The notes below the pieces were generated by a model. The model did not search any database, was not told the DNA's origin, and saw nothing but the letters and a program-made list of their open reading frames with translations. A stretch of 64,000 nucleotides of DNA from a virus (lineage: Duplodnaviria > Caudoviricetes): the IMG/VR virus record IMGVR_UViG_3300021254_001514, positions 1 to 64,000 of that record; one strand, 5' to 3'. Below, in pieces: positions 1 through 9,871 of the stretch. The position numbers were made by a program, and so were the translations under genes. Position 1 is the first letter of the stretch; every line of letters starts with the position of its first letter.

Positions 1-843
1 TGCTTTTCAAATGCTTTGAAGATGATGTCTGTAAAGTATAAAGATGAGTTTCAGTCAATAAACGAACTATTAAAAAAGATTGCAAAGGCAGAGGCTGCGG
101 CTGAGCGAGCGCGCCAGCAAGTTTTAAATGCAACAAAAGAAATTGAAAAGAATCAAAAGAAAAAGGTATTTGCATCAGATAAGTTAAAGGATGCAGAATT
201 TCTTGGAGAAAACTCAACACTTTTAATTGTTGAGGGTGACAGCGCGATGGGTGGTATGGCTCAAGCAAGAGATTATACCAAATATGGACTTTTAGCAATC
301 CGCGGAAAAATTATTAACTGTTTATCTAATCCTGAAGAAAAGATTTTCCAAAATGAAGAGATAAAACTTTTACTTAGTGCTATGAATATTACACCAGGTA
401 AATATAATGCTTCTAAATTAAGATATGGAAAGATTGCTATTTGTACTGATGCTGACTCAGATGGAGGGCATATAGGACTTTTAATTATGGCGGCGCTTGC
501 ATACCTTGCGCCAGATTTTATTAAAGAAGGTCGACTTTGCTGGCTTCGTTCTCCATTATATATAGTTAATAATAAGGGTAAAGAAACTTACTATTTTACA
601 GATGAGGAGTTTAATAAAGTTAGAAAAACTATTAAAGGCACAGTAACAAGAGCAAAAGGATTAGGCGAATTACCGGCAGAAACAGCTCACGCTTCTATGT
701 TTACTGAAGAATATCAAAGAATGGAGATCTTAGAATATAACAGTAGCGCGATTGATTTACTTTATGATTTAATGGGTGAGGATGTAGAGCCAAGACGTAA
801 TTTTATAATGAAGAAAGTAGATTTTAGTAAGGTGAGGGAATAA
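1..843 (+). CDS. gyrB: Type IIA topoisomerase B subunit (GyrB/ParE-like), C-terminal TOPRIM part; 5'-truncated by the window edge
   Basis: Frame is open from base 1. TOPRIM motifs IVEGDSA, LAIRGKIIN, CTDADSDGGHI and KGLGE, with a C-terminal LMGEDVEPRRNFI. Confidence 0.9.
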   Translation, partial: CFSNALKMMSVKYKDEFQSINELLKKIAKAEAAAERARQQVLNATKEIEKNQKKKVFASDKLKDAEFLGENSTLLIVEGDSAMGGMAQARDYTKYGLLAIRGKIINCLSNPEEKIFQNEEIKLLLSAMNITPGKYNASKLRYGKIAICTDADSDGGHIGLLIMAALAYLAPDFIKEGRLCWLRSPLYIVNNKGKETYYFTDEEFNKVRKTIKGTVTRAKGLGELPAETAHASMFTEEYQRMEILEYNSSAIDLLYDLMGEDVEPRRNFIMKKVDFSKVRE

Positions 844-1587
844 ATGAGTATTGTTTTATATAATGAAGATTGTTTGGAAACTTTAAAAAACATTCCAGAC
901 AAATCAATAAATTTAATTTTGTCTGATTTACCCTATGGTATGACTAAAATGGAATGGGATAAACAGTTACCTTTTCCTATTTTATGGAAAGAGTATGAAA
1001 GAGTTCTAGCGCCAAGTGGTAATATTGTATTATTTTCTTCTGGGTTATTTACGATAGATTTAATTAATTCTAATCGTAAGTTATTTAAATATAAGTTAAT
1101 TTGGAAGAAAAATGTACCAACTGGAATGAGTAGCGCAAAAACAAGACCAATGAAATATTATGAAGAAATTTGTATTTTTAATAAAGGTCACGCTACTTAT
1201 AATCCAATTATGAAACCAAGAGAAGGCAAGGGAAAAGATTGTTATAAGTATGAACATTACTTTGGTAAAAGTAACCATTTGGATTTGGAAAAGCAACCAA
1301 AAAAATATGACCCCAACTGGGTACAACCTTCTGATATATTAGAATTTAAAACAGTACCTAATCGTAATGGGAAATTACATCCAACTCAAAAACCAGTAGA
1401 GCTATTAAAATGGTTAATTCATACCTATTCTAATGAAGATGAAACAGTTTTAGATAATTGTATGGGTTCTGGTAGCACAGGAGAAGCTTGCATAGAATTA
1501 AATCGTAATTTTATTGGTATAGAAATAGACCCTAAATATTTTGAAATAGCAAAAAATAGATTGCAAGTAGGGGACACAAATGAATAA
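844..1587 (+). CDS. Orphan amino-DNA methyltransferase (N6-A/N4-C, beta class)
   Basis: Motif IV DLPYG near the N-terminus, HPTQKP, and motif I VLDNCMGSGSTG near the C-terminus. Confidence 0.9.
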   Translation: MSIVLYNEDCLETLKNIPDKSINLILSDLPYGMTKMEWDKQLPFPILWKEYERVLAPSGNIVLFSSGLFTIDLINSNRKLFKYKLIWKKNVPTGMSSAKTRPMKYYEEICIFNKGHATYNPIMKPREGKGKDCYKYEHYFGKSNHLDLEKQPKKYDPNWVQPSDILEFKTVPNRNGKLHPTQKPVELLKWLIHTYSNEDETVLDNCMGSGSTGEACIELNRNFIGIEIDPKYFEIAKNRLQVGDTNE

Positions 1588-1589
1588 AT

Positions 1590-1618
1590 TTGACTTTTAT
1601 TAAAAATTTTAGTATAAT
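1590..1618 (+). promoter_or_regulatory. Sigma-A-like promoter of the topoisomerase A gene
   Basis: TTGACT-17-TATAAT. Confidence 0.75.
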
Positions 1619-1651
1619 TAATTCATAAAATAAAAGTAAAAAGAGGGAAAA

Positions 1652-3997
1652 ATGGCTAATTTACAAAACACAATTAATGATAGTTTTGTTCAATATGCGG
1701 GAGCGGTTCTACAGAACCGCGCCCTTATTGATGTGCGTGATGGATTAAAACCTTCAGCACGCCAAATCTTTTATTCAATGTTAACTCATAAGCTTGTAAG
1801 TAAGAACCCCCATAAAAAGACAATGAACGCTGTTGGTATGGCCATGGCTGATTTTTATATTCATGGTGATTCAAGTTGTGAAGGCGTTATAATGCGTGCG
1901 GGGCAGCCTTTTGCTATGAGATACCCTCTTATAGATATAAAAGGTAACGCTGGGTCACTTATTGCAAGTGGTAACTGGGCGGCGCCTCGTTATACAGAAT
2001 CACGTCTTTCAAAAATTATGGATGTTATGTTTAAAGATATAGAAAAAAACACAATATCCGAATGGCGTGATTCGTATGATAACACAAAGCAATATCCAGC
2101 AGTATTGCCTTCAAAGGGTTTTTATAATATTGTTAATGGCTCGACGGGGATAGGTGTTGGTATGGCTTCGTCTATACCTCAATTTAATATAAAAGAATTG
2201 AACAATGCACTTATTTATTTAATTGACCATCCTGATTGTGATTTTGAAGATATATACTGTGCGCCCGATTTTGCAACAGGCGCGATCTTATATAACGAAT
2301 CTCAAGTAAAACAATCAATGAAGGACGGGACTGGTTTTGCTTGTAAATTAAGAAGTGTTGTTGATTTTGATAGTAAGGAACGCTGTTTTATTGTAACGGA
2401 GATTCCTTATGGTGTTTATACTAATACCATTTGTGGAGAACTGGAAGATATTATTAATGGAGAAGAAAATCCTGGAATTGAAAGATTTAATGATTTAACA
2501 GGTAAATCTCCTTTAATTAAAATTTATCTTACAAAAAAAGCAAATCCAGATAAAGTTTTGAAGTATATTTTTAAAAATACTTCTCTTCAATCTTATTTTG
2601 GTATTAACTTTACAATGCTTGATATGGGAAGATTTCCTAGAGTTTTTACTTGGAAAGAAATGTTGCAAGCTCATATTGACCATGAAAAAGTTGTATATAG
2701 AAGAGGTTTTGAGTTTGACCTAAAGAAAATAGAAGATAGGATTCATATAATTGATGGATTACTTATTTGTCTTGCTTCTATAGAGGAAGTTGTTCAAACT
2801 ATTAAATCTTCTTCTTCGGCGGCGAAAGCAGCCATAGTTTTACAAGAAAAGTTTTTACTTGATTCTGTTCAGGCTGAAAATGTTTTAAATATGAAACTTA
2901 GTCGTTTGGCTCATCTTGAAGTAGAAAAATTAAAAGAAGAGCGCGCGAATCTTCAAAAAGAAGCTTCTCAGATTCATTTAATTTTGGATGATGAAGAACT
3001 TTTTAAGAACGAGCTTAAGAAAGGATGGGAAGAAGTCTCTAAAAAATTTGGTGACGAAAGACGAACAAAAGTTATAGATAGTTTAGATAATGATTCAGAT
3101 GAGCCGATTGAAGTAAAACAGCTTTCAATTTCATTTTCTAATAATGATGCAATATATATATCTGAAACAAGTAATTTGTATACGCAAAAGCGTAATGGGA
3201 CTGGTACAAAATTTAAGCTTGATAAAGGAGAATATATTGTAGACAGTCTTGTTGGAGAAAATACTGATACAATTCTCTTCTTTACTTCTCATGGTAACTA
3301 TTACCACACTAAAATCAATGATTTTACACTTAACGAGAAGCAGTATTTATCCAACTATGTAACAATGTTACCTTACGAGCATATTGTCGCGGCAGCAATA
3401 ACCTCAAAAAAAGATTCAAAACCATATATAATTTTTGTTACTAAGAATGGTCTTGTGAAGAAATCAAGTTTAGAGGAATATAATTTAAGCCGCAGAGTGG
3501 GCGCGACCGCCATTAAATTGGATAAGGATGACAAAATTGTTTCTGTTTTATTTACAGATAACGAAAATATTGGAATCGTTTCTAAGTCTGGCAATTTTAT
3601 AATGATTACCACTTCTGACATTAAACCTATTGGTAGAGTTACTCGTGGGGTAATAGGTATAAAATTGAATACGGGTGATGAAGTAGTTAGCTCTATGGTC
3701 ATACCCAAAAACACAACAGAAATCATTTCGATTTCTACCGATGGTTACATCAAACGTAGCGCACTTTCTGAATTTAAAATTACAGGGCGCGCTACGAAAG
3801 GAGTAAAAATTCAAAAAACTGATGAATTATGCGACTTTTTGCCAATTAACAATAATGAGGACATATTGGTTGTATCCAACTCTTCTCAAATTAGATTAAA
3901 ACTTTCAGATATTCCTCTTATAGGGCGGGGTACTCAGGGAGTTAAATCTATTAAGTTGTCTGAAAATTCAAAAATCTTAAAATTGAACAGCTTATAA
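1652..3997 (+). CDS. gyrA: Type IIA topoisomerase A subunit (GyrA/ParC-like) with beta-pinwheel CTD
   Basis: DVRDGLKP, IHGDSS and catalytic AAPRYTE. C-terminal blade repeats (GRVTRGVIGIKL, GRATKGVKI, GRGTQGVKSIKL). Confidence 0.9.
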   Translation: MANLQNTINDSFVQYAGAVLQNRALIDVRDGLKPSARQIFYSMLTHKLVSKNPHKKTMNAVGMAMADFYIHGDSSCEGVIMRAGQPFAMRYPLIDIKGNAGSLIASGNWAAPRYTESRLSKIMDVMFKDIEKNTISEWRDSYDNTKQYPAVLPSKGFYNIVNGSTGIGVGMASSIPQFNIKELNNALIYLIDHPDCDFEDIYCAPDFATGAILYNESQVKQSMKDGTGFACKLRSVVDFDSKERCFIVTEIPYGVYTNTICGELEDIINGEENPGIERFNDLTGKSPLIKIYLTKKANPDKVLKYIFKNTSLQSYFGINFTMLDMGRFPRVFTWKEMLQAHIDHEKVVYRRGFEFDLKKIEDRIHIIDGLLICLASIEEVVQTIKSSSSAAKAAIVLQEKFLLDSVQAENVLNMKLSRLAHLEVEKLKEERANLQKEASQIHLILDDEELFKNELKKGWEEVSKKFGDERRTKVIDSLDNDSDEPIEVKQLSISFSNNDAIYISETSNLYTQKRNGTGTKFKLDKGEYIVDSLVGENTDTILFFTSHGNYYHTKINDFTLNEKQYLSNYVTMLPYEHIVAAAITSKKDSKPYIIFVTKNGLVKKSSLEEYNLSRRVGATAIKLDKDDKIVSVLFTDNENIGIVSKSGNFIMITTSDIKPIGRVTRGVIGIKLNTGDEVVSSMVIPKNTTEIISISTDGYIKRSALSEFKITGRATKGVKIQKTDELCDFLPINNNEDILVVSNSSQIRLKLSDIPLIGRGTQGVKSIKLSENSKILKLNSL

Positions 3998-4000
3998 AAT

Positions 4001-4029
4001 TTGCAAAAAGTTCAAATTTCAGTTATACT
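4001..4029 (+). promoter_or_regulatory. Sigma-A-like promoter
   Basis: TTGCAA-17-TATACT. Confidence 0.65.
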
Positions 4030-4123
4030 ATTTATAGAAAGTTAAGGAAAACGCTTTCAAAACTGGCCGTCCAGTTAAAAAAATAAAATAAAATAAAAAA
4101 GACGGATAAAAAGGAGAAAAAAA

Positions 4124-4378
4124 ATGAGACTTAAGGAAAAGACACAGGAAGCATTTGATTTTATCAAGAACCATGGTGGTAGCTGCACTACAGCAGAAAT
4201 TAAGGACGGTCTTGGACTGGAGAAGATTGCATCTGTAACAGGACGTGTTAATAGCCTTGTTAAGAATGAGCTGGCTACGACTGAAGATGGTGGTAAGACT
4301 GAGGATGGTAAGAAGATTACTATCGTAACCCTGACAGAGAAGGGTCAGAACTATGTACCTTCTGATGACGAAGAGTAA
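4124..4378 (+). CDS. Small winged-helix DNA-binding protein
   Basis: AAGGAG RBS. wHTH-like pattern TTAEIKDGLG...VTGRVNSLVKNEL...VTLTEKG. Confidence 0.6.
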   Translation: MRLKEKTQEAFDFIKNHGGSCTTAEIKDGLGLEKIASVTGRVNSLVKNELATTEDGGKTEDGKKITIVTLTEKGQNYVPSDDEE

Positions 4379-4394
4379 TTAGTTAAAATAATCG

Positions 4395-4430
4395 TGGTGG
4401 ACTTAAATTTTTCTAAATTTAAGTCCACTT
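4395..4430 (+). terminator. Hairpin, probable intrinsic terminator
   Basis: GTGGACTTAAATTT..AAATTTAAGTCCAC followed by TTT. Confidence 0.5.
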
Positions 4431-4494
4431 TCCCCTCAAACAAAGTAAAAAAGAATATGATAAAAATGAAAAGTAAAAATAAAAGGAGAAAGAA

Positions 4495-5421
4495 ATGTAT
4501 AGAAAAGCAGATAATAGAGTAAGAATTGAGGGTATCCTTGCAGAAAGCGATCTTAAATATACTTCTTATACAAAGAATGGCGTTCCTGTCGACGCTATCG
4601 GTGGAAGTATTAAAGTCCTTGTAGAACAGGTTATTAATGACAAGCCCGTAAGTGTAGAAATTCCTGTTTATATGTTTTCTTCTAAACTTACAAAGGCCGG
4701 TGGAATTAATCCTTCTTATGAATCTATTGAGAAGGTAATGAATGAATTTGTTTCTATTGCTGCCGCGGGTAGTTCTGCGCAGGCAGATAGAATTCGTATC
4801 ACCAACGGTGACATTAGAATGAATGAGTTTATTGGGCAGAATGGTCAGCTTGTATCTCAGCCTAGAATTCATGCTTCTTTTGTTAGTCGTGCGGTAGGTG
4901 ATTTTAAACCTGAAGCCACTTTTAACATCGAATTTATGGTGTCTAGCATCAATCAGGTGCTGGATAAGGATGGTGTAGAGCTTGATCCTCCCAAACTTTG
5001 CGTCCAGACGATTGTTCCGCAGTACACCGCCGAATCTGCGGCAGCCATGAATGTCGATGTAATACCTCTATATGCAACGGCTCCCGGCGTGATTGATGCC
5101 ATTTCCAATTATTGGGAGGCGGGCGCTTGTTATCGTGCAAATGGGCGTCTTAACTTTTCTTCTCGCGTCGAGGAAGTCGTTGCCGAAGGAGGTTTCGGTG
5201 AGCCGCAGCGTTCAACCAGAACCATTAATGTGAGTGAGTTTATTATTACTGGTGGATCGGAAGCTCCTCTTGAAGATGAACTTGCTTTTAATCTTGAAGA
5301 TATTAAGGCTGGTATGGCAGCGCGCAAGGCTCGTATTGAGGAAAGAAAGACAAGTAAAGAAGGTGCTAAGCAGACTCCTGCTAAGGAAACTTCTAAGGGA
5401 AAACTTGATCTTGGCTTCTAA
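4495..5421 (+). CDS. Putative single-stranded DNA-binding protein
   Basis: OB-fold-like start (RVRIEGIL), charged tail ending LDLGF, and position directly before a Sak4-like ATPase. Inferred. Confidence 0.55.
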   Translation: MYRKADNRVRIEGILAESDLKYTSYTKNGVPVDAIGGSIKVLVEQVINDKPVSVEIPVYMFSSKLTKAGGINPSYESIEKVMNEFVSIAAAGSSAQADRIRITNGDIRMNEFIGQNGQLVSQPRIHASFVSRAVGDFKPEATFNIEFMVSSINQVLDKDGVELDPPKLCVQTIVPQYTAESAAAMNVDVIPLYATAPGVIDAISNYWEAGACYRANGRLNFSSRVEEVVAEGGFGEPQRSTRTINVSEFIITGGSEAPLEDELAFNLEDIKAGMAARKARIEERKTSKEGAKQTPAKETSKGKLDLGF

Positions 5422-5437
5422 TTAAGGGGGTGACATA

Positions 5438-6406
5438 ATGGCTATAGATATTTTAAATATTCAGCCTAGTGTTATCTCTCGTGACTTAAAAGGAAAATAT
5501 GTTCTTATCTACGGACAACCTAAAGTTGGTAAGACATCTTTTGCCGCTAAATTCAAGAAAAATCTTATTCTTGCTTTTGAAATGGGTACCAATGCACTTG
5601 ACGGTGTATTGGTACAACCCATTCAGAAATGGGCGGATTTAAAATTAGTTTTACGTCAGTTAGATAATGCTAAAGCACATGAGCTGTATGACACAATTAC
5701 TATTGACACGGCAAGTATCGCCTATGATTTATGCGAACAGTTTATATGTCAACAGAATGGTGTACAAAAAATTAGTGATATTGCCTGGGGTCAGGGTTAT
5801 AGTGCGGTAAAGAAAGAGTTTGAAAACACTTTACGAAAAATAACCATGCTTGGGTATGGACTAATTCTTATTGCTCACAGCGAAACTCGTAAAGAAACTA
5901 TTGGAGATTCTGAAAAAGAATTTTATAGTCCAGCTCTTAATAAGAGATGCTATGAAATTTGTAATAGACTGGTTGATGTAATCGGTTATATAGCTTTGGA
6001 ATGGGATGAAGATGGTAATGCACATCGTTATCTCTATACTCGACAAACTCCATACGTAATGGCTGGTAGTCGTTTTAAATATTTGGCACCAAAAATTGAG
6101 TTTGGTTATCAAAATCTGGTAGACGCTATCGCAGAAGCTCTTGAAAAGAGTGAAACTCTTGATGGAGCAAAAGTTGTTGACAAAGCGTTAACAGCAAATG
6201 TTGAAGAAAAAATTGATTTCAATACCGTCCGTGCGGAAGCTCAAGAATTATGGAAAAAGCTTATTGAAAAAGATGAGTCAAATGCAGATACGATTCTAAA
6301 GAAAATCGAGATTATTATGGGTCATCGAATGAAGCTGTCAGAATTTACAGAGGACCAGGCAGATTTAATGTATTTATGCGTCCTGGAAATGAGGGACATG
6401 GTATAA
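5438..6406 (+). CDS. Sak4-like (AAA_24) ATPase / ssDNA annealing protein
   Basis: IYGQPKVGKTS Walker A, TITIDT Walker B, WGQGY, LIAHS. Confidence 0.8.
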   Translation: MAIDILNIQPSVISRDLKGKYVLIYGQPKVGKTSFAAKFKKNLILAFEMGTNALDGVLVQPIQKWADLKLVLRQLDNAKAHELYDTITIDTASIAYDLCEQFICQQNGVQKISDIAWGQGYSAVKKEFENTLRKITMLGYGLILIAHSETRKETIGDSEKEFYSPALNKRCYEICNRLVDVIGYIALEWDEDGNAHRYLYTRQTPYVMAGSRFKYLAPKIEFGYQNLVDAIAEALEKSETLDGAKVVDKALTANVEEKIDFNTVRAEAQELWKKLIEKDESNADTILKKIEIIMGHRMKLSEFTEDQADLMYLCVLEMRDMV

Positions 6407-6451
6407 GCTTAACGGAAAGGCGAAGTTTTAAATACTTCGTCTTTTCTTAAT

Positions 6452-6480
6452 TTGACTTTTTTAGAAAATTTTGATATAAT
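6452..6480 (+). promoter_or_regulatory. Sigma-A-like promoter
   Basis: TTGACT-17-TATAAT with extended -10 TG. Confidence 0.75.
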
Positions 6481-6513
6481 TATTTTAGAAAAAAGTTAAA
6501 GAAAGGAGAGATT

Positions 6514-7047
6514 ATGGCTCACGAGATTCAATGTCGTCTTTGTAAGGTTAGATTTGATACCGAAAAAGAGGACTTTGTTTTAGTTGGAAAGAAATCTTAT
6601 TATCATAAGAAATGTTATGAAGATTGGCTACATGGACGAAATAATGTAAAAACTCGAGGAGACGAGGATTTTTGGTATGAAAGTGTTGTTGATTATCTTT
6701 ATCGGGATGTACATATGTCTGTCAATTTTTCTAAATTAAAGAATCAATGGGAAAATTTTATTAAGCCAGAACGAAAGATGACTCCAAAAGGAATTTATTT
6801 TGCAGTGCGATATTACTATGATGTAATTCACGGGAATAAAGAGAAGGCACTTGGCGGCATAGGTATAGTTCCTAATGTTTATAAGGAATCTGCGCAGTAT
6901 TGGACAGATTTAGAAATAAAGAAAACAGGAACCCTAGATGCTATTATTGAACAAATAAAAACGAGACAGAATCGTGATATAAAATTAATCACAAGAAAAG
7001 CTCCTGAAAAAAAGGATAAAGCAAGATTTAGCTTAGATGATGTTTAG
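6514..7047 (+). CDS. Zn-binding hypothetical protein upstream of the helicase (possible loader)
   Basis: CRLC...YHKKC at the N-terminus. Function inferred from position only. Confidence 0.5.
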   Translation: MAHEIQCRLCKVRFDTEKEDFVLVGKKSYYHKKCYEDWLHGRNNVKTRGDEDFWYESVVDYLYRDVHMSVNFSKLKNQWENFIKPERKMTPKGIYFAVRYYYDVIHGNKEKALGGIGIVPNVYKESAQYWTDLEIKKTGTLDAIIEQIKTRQNRDIKLITRKAPEKKDKARFSLDDV

Positions 7048-7057
7048 AGGTGTTTAG

Positions 7058-8611
7058 ATGATTGATAAATCTACTAATCTTCAAATTTTTGGATGTTTAA
7101 TGAAACATCCTCAGTATTTAAGTGAATCTGATAAATATAATCTAACACCAGACGACTTCTACTCCAGATTTGAAACTTATATTTTTGTAGCAATAGATAG
7201 CTTATATAGAAACGGCGCAGAGCATATTCAGCCTATTGATGTAGAAAATTATTTAAGTACAAACGAGAATGCTAAATTAGTTTTTAAAGAAGAAAATGGT
7301 ATCGAATATCTACAGGATGCAGATTTTTTATCAGATGAAAAAAATTTTTCTTATTATTATAAGAAATTAAAAAAGTTTAATCTTTTAACTTCCTTTCAAA
7401 AGAAAGGCTTTGATATAAGTGATTTTTATGTAGAGAATCCTATTAAAGATAAGGACTTTGAAGTAAATAATAAATTTGAAAAGCTTGAAATAGAAGATAT
7501 TTTAACAGGTATTAAACAAAAACTTTTAGGAATTGAAAGAAGCTTCATTCAAAACGATACAACTGAAACAATAAATGTTTTTAACGGAATAGAAGATATA
7601 TTAGATGAAGCAACCTTGCAAACAGATGTGGGTATGCCAATTCAAGGAGAAATTTTTAATGAAGTGCTTGCTGGTGCGCGCAGGGGAACATTTGTATTAA
7701 GGTCTGGCTCTAGTGGTGTTAGTAAAACTCGTCAGGCTGTTGGTGATGCCTGTTACCTAGCTTTTCCTTTTAGATATGAAGAAAATGAAGATAAATGGGT
7801 ACAGGTTGGTAGTGGAGAAAAAGTTTTATTTATTGCAACTGAACAAAATACAAAAGAAATTCAGAAAATGATTTTAGCTTATTTAACCGGTTTTAATGAG
7901 ACTAAATTTCGTTATGGCGGTTTCACAGAAAAAGAACAGGTTATTATAAAACAGGCTTTATCAGTTCTTGAGGCTTATCAAGATAACTTTTATATAGTTA
8001 GGATGCCAAATCCAACTATAGAATTAGTTAAAACAATAGTAAGAGAAAATGTCTTACTTCATGATATAGGGTATGTGTTCTATGACTATATTTTTATTTG
8101 TCCAAGTTTACTAAATGAATTTAAAGGGTTTAATTTAAGAAACGACGAAGTTTTGTTAATGTTTTCTACTGCTCTGAAGGACTTAGCTGTAGAATTAAAT
8201 GTTTTTGTGATGAGTTCTACTCAAGTAAATGCAAATGCAGATAATTCTTCTAATATAAGAAATGAAGGCTCGATTGCGGGATCTCGTTCAATAATAAATA
8301 AAGCAGATGTTGGTGCGATAATGGCGCGGCCAACAAAAGAAGAAATGGAAATGTTAGAGAACGATGGTGGTATCTCATTTTATCCTAATATAGTAACAGA
8401 TATTTATAAAGTTCGTAGTGGAGAATGGAACCAAGTTAGAATTTGGAGTGATGTAAACTTAGGAAATTTGAGAAAAAAAGATTTGTTTGTTACTAATTCA
8501 AGAATGGAAGTTTTGAATGTTGGTACAAGTTATAACTACCAAACTGATTGGGATGATGAGCGATTAATGGATTATAGAGAACAGCTTAAAAAGTTAAACG
8601 AAGGAAGATAA
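7058..8611 (+). CDS. DnaB-like replicative helicase
   Basis: Walker A variant SGSSGVSKT, LFIATEQ, FYDYI, SSTQVN, GSRSIINKAD. Confidence 0.85.
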   Translation: MIDKSTNLQIFGCLMKHPQYLSESDKYNLTPDDFYSRFETYIFVAIDSLYRNGAEHIQPIDVENYLSTNENAKLVFKEENGIEYLQDADFLSDEKNFSYYYKKLKKFNLLTSFQKKGFDISDFYVENPIKDKDFEVNNKFEKLEIEDILTGIKQKLLGIERSFIQNDTTETINVFNGIEDILDEATLQTDVGMPIQGEIFNEVLAGARRGTFVLRSGSSGVSKTRQAVGDACYLAFPFRYEENEDKWVQVGSGEKVLFIATEQNTKEIQKMILAYLTGFNETKFRYGGFTEKEQVIIKQALSVLEAYQDNFYIVRMPNPTIELVKTIVRENVLLHDIGYVFYDYIFICPSLLNEFKGFNLRNDEVLLMFSTALKDLAVELNVFVMSSTQVNANADNSSNIRNEGSIAGSRSIINKADVGAIMARPTKEEMEMLENDGGISFYPNIVTDIYKVRSGEWNQVRIWSDVNLGNLRKKDLFVTNSRMEVLNVGTSYNYQTDWDDERLMDYREQLKKLNEGR

Positions 8612-8612
8612 A

Positions 8613-9659
8613 ATGATAAATTATCAAGAAATAATAGAAAATCTTGAATTAGACGGAGTAAAAAATCTTCTTAACTCACTCGATATTCCATACAAAGATA
8701 CAGAAAATGCCCTTATAATGCCAACTGTTTGTCATAACGCTGAAGCCGAGAGCGCATCTTGGAAACTTTATTACTATAAAAACACTCACTGTTTTTATTG
8801 CTTCACAGAGGATGGAGCGATGTCTATTTTTAAATTTCTTCAACATTTTTATGAGGCAAGAGGCGTTATTTACGACTGGTATCAAGATATATATAAGGTA
8901 GTAATAGACTGTTCTTCTTCAAGAAAAATAAATCAGAAAAAACACTATACCTCAGTAAAAGAAGATTATTTACAAAAAAAAGATAGAAAAGAATTAGTTT
9001 CCTATCCAAGTGGAGTCTTGGAGGTTTTCGTTCATTATTATCCTATTGAGTGGCTGAATGATAATATTTCTAAAGAAAGTATGGATAAATATGGTATTCT
9101 ATATTCTATAACCCAAAATAAGATTATAATTCCTCATTTTGATATAAATAATAGATTGGTTGGAATAAGAGGGCGCGCTTTAAACGAATGGGATATAGAA
9201 AATTTTGGTAAATATATGCCAGTTCAAATCGAAGGCAAATGGTATAGTCATCCTTTAAGTTTAAATTTGTATGGATTGAATAAGAATAAAGAAAATATAA
9301 AAAAATATAGGCGTGTTTATGTATTTGAAGCAGAAAAATCAGTACTTCAGTTAGAAGATTTTAGCGCACCTAATTGTTCCGTCGCGGTCTGCGGTAGTAA
9401 TTTTAATAAAATCCAAATGGATTTACTTATGAGATACTGCGCACCTTATGAAGTTATTCTGTGTTTTGATAGAGAAGAATTAGAAGGTGAAGATAAATAT
9501 TTTTTGAAACTATGGAATATATGTAAGAAATATAATAAATATTGTAATATGAGTTTTGTCTATGATAGAAGAGGACTTTCAAAAATGAAAGATTCTCCTA
9601 GTGATAATGGTGAAGAAATTTTTAAAAAATTAATTCAAGAAAGGGTAATGGTAAAATGA
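8613..9659 (+). CDS. DNA primase
   Basis: N-terminal Zn region (CHN...FYCFT), IIIPHFD...VGIRGR, TOPRIM FEAEKS and CFDRE. Confidence 0.85.
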   Translation: MINYQEIIENLELDGVKNLLNSLDIPYKDTENALIMPTVCHNAEAESASWKLYYYKNTHCFYCFTEDGAMSIFKFLQHFYEARGVIYDWYQDIYKVVIDCSSSRKINQKKHYTSVKEDYLQKKDRKELVSYPSGVLEVFVHYYPIEWLNDNISKESMDKYGILYSITQNKIIIPHFDINNRLVGIRGRALNEWDIENFGKYMPVQIEGKWYSHPLSLNLYGLNKNKENIKKYRRVYVFEAEKSVLQLEDFSAPNCSVAVCGSNFNKIQMDLLMRYCAPYEVILCFDREELEGEDKYFLKLWNICKKYNKYCNMSFVYDRRGLSKMKDSPSDNGEEIFKKLIQERVMVK

Positions 9660-9862
9660 AATTTTTTCTTATTGTATCAGAAAATTTTGATTATGATGAA
9701 TATGATGGTGTGGTGGTCGCTGCGGAATCTAAAGAGGAAGCTTTGGATATGTTAGACTATTATAAAAATGGCCAAGGAGAAATTGAATTAGAAGATGTTA
9801 CAGAAAAGGGAATAGATTTACCTTCCTTTATGCTGATTACTAAAATATCTGGAGTGGAGTAG
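9656..9862 (+). CDS. Small acidic hypothetical protein, paralogue of 60370..60600
   Basis: YDEYDGVVVAAESKEEA...GEIELEDVTEKG resembles YNEYDACIVLADSEEEV...GKIHIEEVTEKG. Confidence 0.7.
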   Translation: MKFFLIVSENFDYDEYDGVVVAAESKEEALDMLDYYKNGQGEIELEDVTEKGIDLPSFMLITKISGVE

Positions 9863-9871
9863 TTAAAAAGA

